A DNA stretch of 64,000 nucleotides from Tubiluchus corallicola (Eukaryota > Animalia > Priapulida): contig JAQGDQ010000184.1 in assembly GCA_030141605.1 (NCBI GenBank), forward strand, positions 1 to 64,000. The letters are read 5' to 3'. Positions 59,712 through 64,000 of the stretch are shown piece by piece. A model generated the notes under the pieces. That model searched no databases. It saw only the letters and a list, made by a program, of their open reading frames with translations, and had not been told where the DNA came from. The translations under genes and the position numbers were made by a program. The number at the start of each line of letters is the position of its first letter. The first letter of the stretch is position 1.

Positions 59712-60797
59712 ATGCTATATGATTTCAGAAGTTTTGTAAATCCCGGGGCGTATGCTTTTGGGAAAGGGTCATTTAATCATTTGGGGGAGCTGATAGAGCG
59801 AAGGTACACAGATAATGATTGTTGGACTGTTTTTGTTGTGGATGACTATTTCAAGGGTAAAGGCCTGGTAGATAGGCTACCCCTGAAGAGTAACGATATG
59901 TTGATATGGATTGATACTGCTAGTGAGCCTAAGACGGCTCTGACAAATCAGTATCGCGACTCTATCCTTTCGCATAATGACAGGCTGCCATCTGTAGTTG
60001 CAGGTATTGGTGGGGGTACTGTTATGGATTATGCAAAGGCTATAGGTCTAATGGTAACTAACCGTGGAGATTCGGCGGATTATCAGGGGCTTGACCTTAT
60101 AGTAAACAAGGGGATCTATACTATATGTGTCCCGACTATCTCTGGAACTGGAGCGGAGGTATCTATGACGACAGTGCTTAGCGGCCCAGATAGAAAACTT
60201 GGAATAAAGTGTGATTACACCATACCTGATGAGGTTGTTTTTGATCCGGAGCTTTTAGGTACGGTTCCTGCCGACCAACGCTTTTATACAGCTATGGATT
60301 GCTATATTCACAATATTGAGTCTCTGGACGGGACGTGGATCACAACTCTTGGGCAGGTTTTTGCTGAAAAGTCGGTAGAGTTGTGTCGGGATATTTTTCT
60401 GAGTGACAGCCTCTCCCGTTTAGAGGCTGATGAAAAGCTTATGGTGGCTTCACTTTTGGGAGGCAACAGTATAACATATTCTCAGGTAGGGGTATGTCAT
60501 GCAATATCTTACGGGTTGTCAAATGTACTGGGAATACACCATGGGGTAGGGAATTGTATTGTGTTCAATCAGCTTGAGGAGTACTATCCTGAGGGTTATA
60601 GTGAGTTTAAGAAGATGCAGGAGAGACAGGGAGTGGATATACCTCAGGGGGTGGTTGCCGATTGTACGGAAGAGCAGTTGGACAGAATGGCAGATACTTC
60701 CTGGAAACTGGAGCACATGTGGGATAATGCTTTTGGGAAAGAGTGGCAAAATCATATTAGTAGGGAAAAGATCAAAGCGTTGCTTCGCAGTATGTAG
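59712..60797 (+). CDS. kdnB: Kdo 8-oxidase (iron-containing alcohol dehydrogenase family)
   Basis: FGKGSF, GGGTVMD, PTISGTGAE, MDCYIH, YSQVGVCHAISYGLS and HHGVGNC match KdnB as I recall it; directly follows kdnA. Confidence 0.85.
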   Translation: MLYDFRSFVNPGAYAFGKGSFNHLGELIERRYTDNDCWTVFVVDDYFKGKGLVDRLPLKSNDMLIWIDTASEPKTALTNQYRDSILSHNDRLPSVVAGIGGGTVMDYAKAIGLMVTNRGDSADYQGLDLIVNKGIYTICVPTISGTGAEVSMTTVLSGPDRKLGIKCDYTIPDEVVFDPELLGTVPADQRFYTAMDCYIHNIESLDGTWITTLGQVFAEKSVELCRDIFLSDSLSRLEADEKLMVASLLGGNSITYSQVGVCHAISYGLSNVLGIHHGVGNCIVFNQLEEYYPEGYSEFKKMQERQGVDIPQGVVADCTEEQLDRMADTSWKLEHMWDNAFGKEWQNHISREKIKALLRSM

Positions 60798-60837
60798 CCA
60801 GTCATTTTTTTAAGTTTATATAGGGAAAAATAATTGT

Positions 60838-61617
60838 ATGGCAATGAATGTATTAGGCGTTATTCCTGCCAGGTATGGAAGCAGCAGGTTTCCAGGGAAG
60901 CCTCTGGCTATGATTGGTGACAGGCCTATGGTGCAACATGTTTATGAGAACTGCCTTGAAGTGCTTGAGTATGTATATGTTGCTACTGATGATCAGCGAA
61001 TTGTAGATGTGGTAAATGCTTTTGGCGGGAAAGTGGTTATGACATCAAAGTTACATAGCAGTGGGACCGAGCGGTGTGCTGAGGCGGTTGATAAAATAGT
61101 TGCTTGCGAAGGTGTTGAGTTTGATGTGGTCATCAATATTCAGGGAGATGAGCCGTTCTTCGATTCTGCACAACTGCATGATATAATAGGCTGTTTTGAT
61201 ACTGAGAGTGGTGATATGCAGGTGACAACGCTGGTACAGAGAATAGAAGATAGCGCCCATATTTTTGATATGAAAGAGGCGAAGGTGGTATTAAATAGGA
61301 GGAATGAGGCTATATATTTTAGCCGCTCCGCCATACCTTTTATTATGGGGGTAGATAAAAGCGAATGGATGAGCAAGCATGTTTTTTATCGGCAGTTTGG
61401 TATATATGGGTACAGCCCGGGTATCCTGAAAGAGATAGTGAAGCTACCACCTTCATCGCTTGAGCAGGCTGAGGCTTTTGAGCAGTTGCGATGGATTGAG
61501 AACGGGTATAGGGTAAAGTGTGGTATTACAAGTGTTGAGCATGCAATGTCTGTTGACATCCCTGAAGATCTTGACAAGGCAAATAGTATTTACGAAAGGA
61601 TTAATAGGAAGAAATGA
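60838..61617 (+). CDS. kdsB: CMP-Kdo synthetase
   Basis: IPARYGSSRFPGKPL, VATDD, SGTER, NIQGDEP, YFSRS and EQLRW motifs. Confidence 0.95.
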   Translation: MAMNVLGVIPARYGSSRFPGKPLAMIGDRPMVQHVYENCLEVLEYVYVATDDQRIVDVVNAFGGKVVMTSKLHSSGTERCAEAVDKIVACEGVEFDVVINIQGDEPFFDSAQLHDIIGCFDTESGDMQVTTLVQRIEDSAHIFDMKEAKVVLNRRNEAIYFSRSAIPFIMGVDKSEWMSKHVFYRQFGIYGYSPGILKEIVKLPPSSLEQAEAFEQLRWIENGYRVKCGITSVEHAMSVDIPEDLDKANSIYERINRKK

Positions 61618-62282
61618 GTGATACTGAAAAGATATTTTCAGAGATAGGAGGGCAGTTTATCACCCCCTTTTCTCATTTTGCAGAGAAGGTGAAAAAGGTG
61701 AGAGCTTTAATATTTGACTGGGACGGTGTTTTTAATGATGGGTCGAAGTTGACGGACGAGGGTAGTTCATTTGCTGAACCCGATGCCATGGGAATGAATA
61801 TGTTTAAGCTTGATTATTGGCTGCGCAATAAAGAGTTGCCATTTACATTTATTATAACCGGTGAGAATAACAGGTTTGCCGCGAAGCTGTGTAGGCGTGA
61901 GTTCATGAATGGTGTGTTTCTTGGCTGCAAGAATAAGACGGAGGCTATGGATATCATTTGTGAGTCTCATGGTATTAGTGATGATGAGATTGCGTTTGTG
62001 TATGACGATATTTTGGATGCTGAAGTGGCAAAAAGAGCTGGGGTATCCCTACTGGTAGACAGGGCAGGTAGTCCTGTAATGAAGCGGTATTTTGTGAGCA
62101 ATGGTATCTGCGATTATATTACCGGAAATCCCGGGGGGAGGTTTGCTGTTCGTGAAGTGTGTGAGATGTTGGTTAGTACAAATGGGGATTTGTATAGTGC
62201 GATAGAGACGCGGATTGAGTTTACGGGCGCTTATCAGGAGTATTTAAAAGCTCGCAACAAAATAGAGGTTGCGATTTTTTAG
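61614..62282 (+). CDS. kdsC: KdsC-like HAD phosphatase
   Basis: FDWDGVFNDG, IITG, DDILD and GGRFAVREVCE motifs; ATGA overlap with kdsB. Confidence 0.8.
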   Translation: MSDTEKIFSEIGGQFITPFSHFAEKVKKVRALIFDWDGVFNDGSKLTDEGSSFAEPDAMGMNMFKLDYWLRNKELPFTFIITGENNRFAAKLCRREFMNGVFLGCKNKTEAMDIICESHGISDDEIAFVYDDILDAEVAKRAGVSLLVDRAGSPVMKRYFVSNGICDYITGNPGGRFAVREVCEMLVSTNGDLYSAIETRIEFTGAYQEYLKARNKIEVAIF

Positions 62283-62523
62283 GCTGTGATCCTTTGTAAA
62301 GTACCACAGGGTATTATTTTTTTAAAATACTCTTCGAAACCTTCCTTTACGCGAATAGACTAAATTTTTTAATAATTTTTTTGGGGAAGGTTTTAGTTCC
62401 GCTAATGTTCAGAAGCAGTTTTTTTCTTTTTGTGCCTTTTAGTAGTATGTTTTATTATTACGAGGTAAAGAGAGGGTTCTGTTGCACAGGGTAAGTGGTG
62501 TTTCCATATATTCTCCAGGGGTT

Positions 62524-63570
62524 TTAAGTGTTTTTATGCTGTGTTAGAATCTCTTTTTTCAGCAGTCCGGTAAAGTCATGTACATCCTTCTCTGTTGTGT
62601 CGAAAGAGGCCATCCACCTTACCAAGCTACGATTTTCATCCCATATGTAGAAGAAGTGTTGTTTTTGTAGCGGAGCAATAGAGTGTTTGGGGATAGTTGC
62701 AAATACTCCGTTTGCCTCGATTTTCTGAGTGATGGAGACCCCTTCAATTTTAGAAGTTTCCTCCCCTAGTATCCTGGCCATTTTGTTTGCGTTGCTGGCA
62801 CACCTTTTCCAGAGGTTATTTTCCAGGTATGCTATAAACTGTGCACTTATAAAGCGCATTTTGGAGTATAGCTGTGCTGCCTGTTTTCGGTAGTATCTGG
62901 TATGTTTCGAAAGCTTGGGGTTGAAGAATATAATGGCTTCTCCCATCATCATCCCATTTTTTGTTCCACCAAACGATAATAGATCAACGCCTGCATCTCT
63001 TGTAAATTCCCTGAAGTCCATGTTAAGAGAGACTGCTGCGTTAGCAATCCTTGCTCCGTCCATGTGTAGAGGCATCCCGTGTTTATGTGCCAGCGATGCA
63101 AGTTCTTTAATTTCGTCAGCCCTGTAGACTGTTCCCATTTCAGTTGGTTGCGTTATGCTTATAACTCCGGGTTGGGAGTGGTGCTCAAATCCGAATCCGT
63201 GGAGGTGCTTTTCAACCATTTCGGGAGTTAGTTTCCCATTTTTGGTGACAACCGGAAGAAGTTTACATCCCGTAAAGCTTTCAGGTGCTCCGCATTCATC
63301 TGTGTAAATATGTGCTGTTTCGGCGCATATCACGGAGTGAAATGAGTTGGTTATTGATTTTAATCCCAATATGTTGGCACCTGTTCCGGTAAGCGTCAGA
63401 TATGTTTCAGCTCCTTTTCCAAATTGCTTTTCTAGCAATTCTATAGCGCGTGTCGTCCACTTGTCATTACCATAGCCGCCGGAGTGTCCGCTGTTGGCTT
63501 CTGCAATGGCTTTCATAATGTCGGGGTGGACACCCGAGCTATTGTCTCCGGCAAAGCTTTTATTATGCAT
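62524..63570 (-). CDS. ltaE: Low-specificity L-threonine aldolase family protein
   Basis: FAGDN, YGND, TGTGAN, HIYTDECGA, HMDGAR and SFGGTKNG (PLP lysine); ATG 63570 chosen as start. Confidence 0.9.
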   Translation of the reverse strand: MHNKSFAGDNSSGVHPDIMKAIAEANSGHSGGYGNDKWTTRAIELLEKQFGKGAETYLTLTGTGANILGLKSITNSFHSVICAETAHIYTDECGAPESFTGCKLLPVVTKNGKLTPEMVEKHLHGFGFEHHSQPGVISITQPTEMGTVYRADEIKELASLAHKHGMPLHMDGARIANAAVSLNMDFREFTRDAGVDLLSFGGTKNGMMMGEAIIFFNPKLSKHTRYYRKQAAQLYSKMRFISAQFIAYLENNLWKRCASNANKMARILGEETSKIEGVSITQKIEANGVFATIPKHSIAPLQKQHFFYIWDENRSLVRWMASFDTTEKDVHDFTGLLKKEILTQHKNT

Positions 63571-63837
63571 AGTGTCTGATAAGTTATGAGTTGAGAGTTT
63601 TGTAAAGTTCATCTTTTTATTAAATATTTTGTGGTAATCTTCTTCAAATATTTGATCTGCACTATTAAGCTATGGTTTTTCACCGGATCGTTTTTTTTAG
63701 TATGAGCCGGTATATTTCATGTTTCAAGTGCCTCAGGGCTTAACATCAGCAAAGTAGTTATTTTTTTCTTTTTTTTATATCTTGTCGCACAGATGCAGTA
63801 TATTTTTTAGGTTGAGCATAAAAGTTATTGATATTTG

Positions 63838-64000
63838 ATGAAGAGAGGTCTGATTTCGTTGGTAGCACGGATGGTTAGGTATAATCTAAAGATTATTTTT
63901 GCAGGACGGTTTATATGGTTTGTTATAGCTGCTTTTGCCTTTTACCTTCTTCTTGCCATAAATCTTGTTTTTAATGTTCCGGGGTTCGATTCATCGAATG
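63838..64000 (+). CDS. 5' part of a membrane protein (possibly an ABC permease); runs off the window
   Basis: My translation: MKRGLISLVARMVRYNLKIIFAGRFIWFVIAAFAFYLLLAINLVF..., open to the window end. Confidence 0.55.
   Translation, partial: MKRGLISLVARMVRYNLKIIFAGRFIWFVIAAFAFYLLLAINLVFNVPGFDSSN

Noticed and set aside
1-64000. tRNA, rRNA, prophage or anti-phage defence genes
   Set aside because: None recognised by eye; small ncRNAs cannot be excluded without covariance searches.

Overview
Low-GC chromosomal window from a member of the Bacteroidota, judged from SusC/SusD pairs, TamL and TAnnTTTG promoters; korAB and ppdK suggest an anaerobic Bacteroidia lineage. It appears to span the replication origin: a parS palindrome lies after mnmG (16725-16740), the rpiB/response-regulator gap (21643-22308) is very AT-rich and full of DnaA-box-like 9-mers, and GC skew visibly switches there. 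Housekeeping genes include korAB, lplA, uvrC, apt, mnmG, ybeY, hemW, rpiB, tamL, a TrmH methylase, a RecD-like helicase, ppdK, nagB and ltaE. Accessory content includes a PEGA-repeat gene with an in-frame 648-bp duplication, a triplicated 140-bp block upstream of korA, a PfkB-CBS-ArsB/NhaD operon, an internally deleted IS1634, a tandemly duplicated susCD pair (one susC frameshifted), and an intact IS256 beside a decayed RiPP-type island. The most interesting locus is a six-gene Kdo/Kdo8N operon (56510-62282). It has kdsA, kdnA, kdnB, kdsB and kdsC, but the arabinose-5-phosphate isomerase slot holds a transaldolase-fold protein with a remodelled active site fused to KdsD-type CBS domains, next to a KdsA with altered substrate motifs. 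This is a candidate non-canonical route to the Kdo precursor. All family assignments come from motif recognition by eye; no database searches were run.
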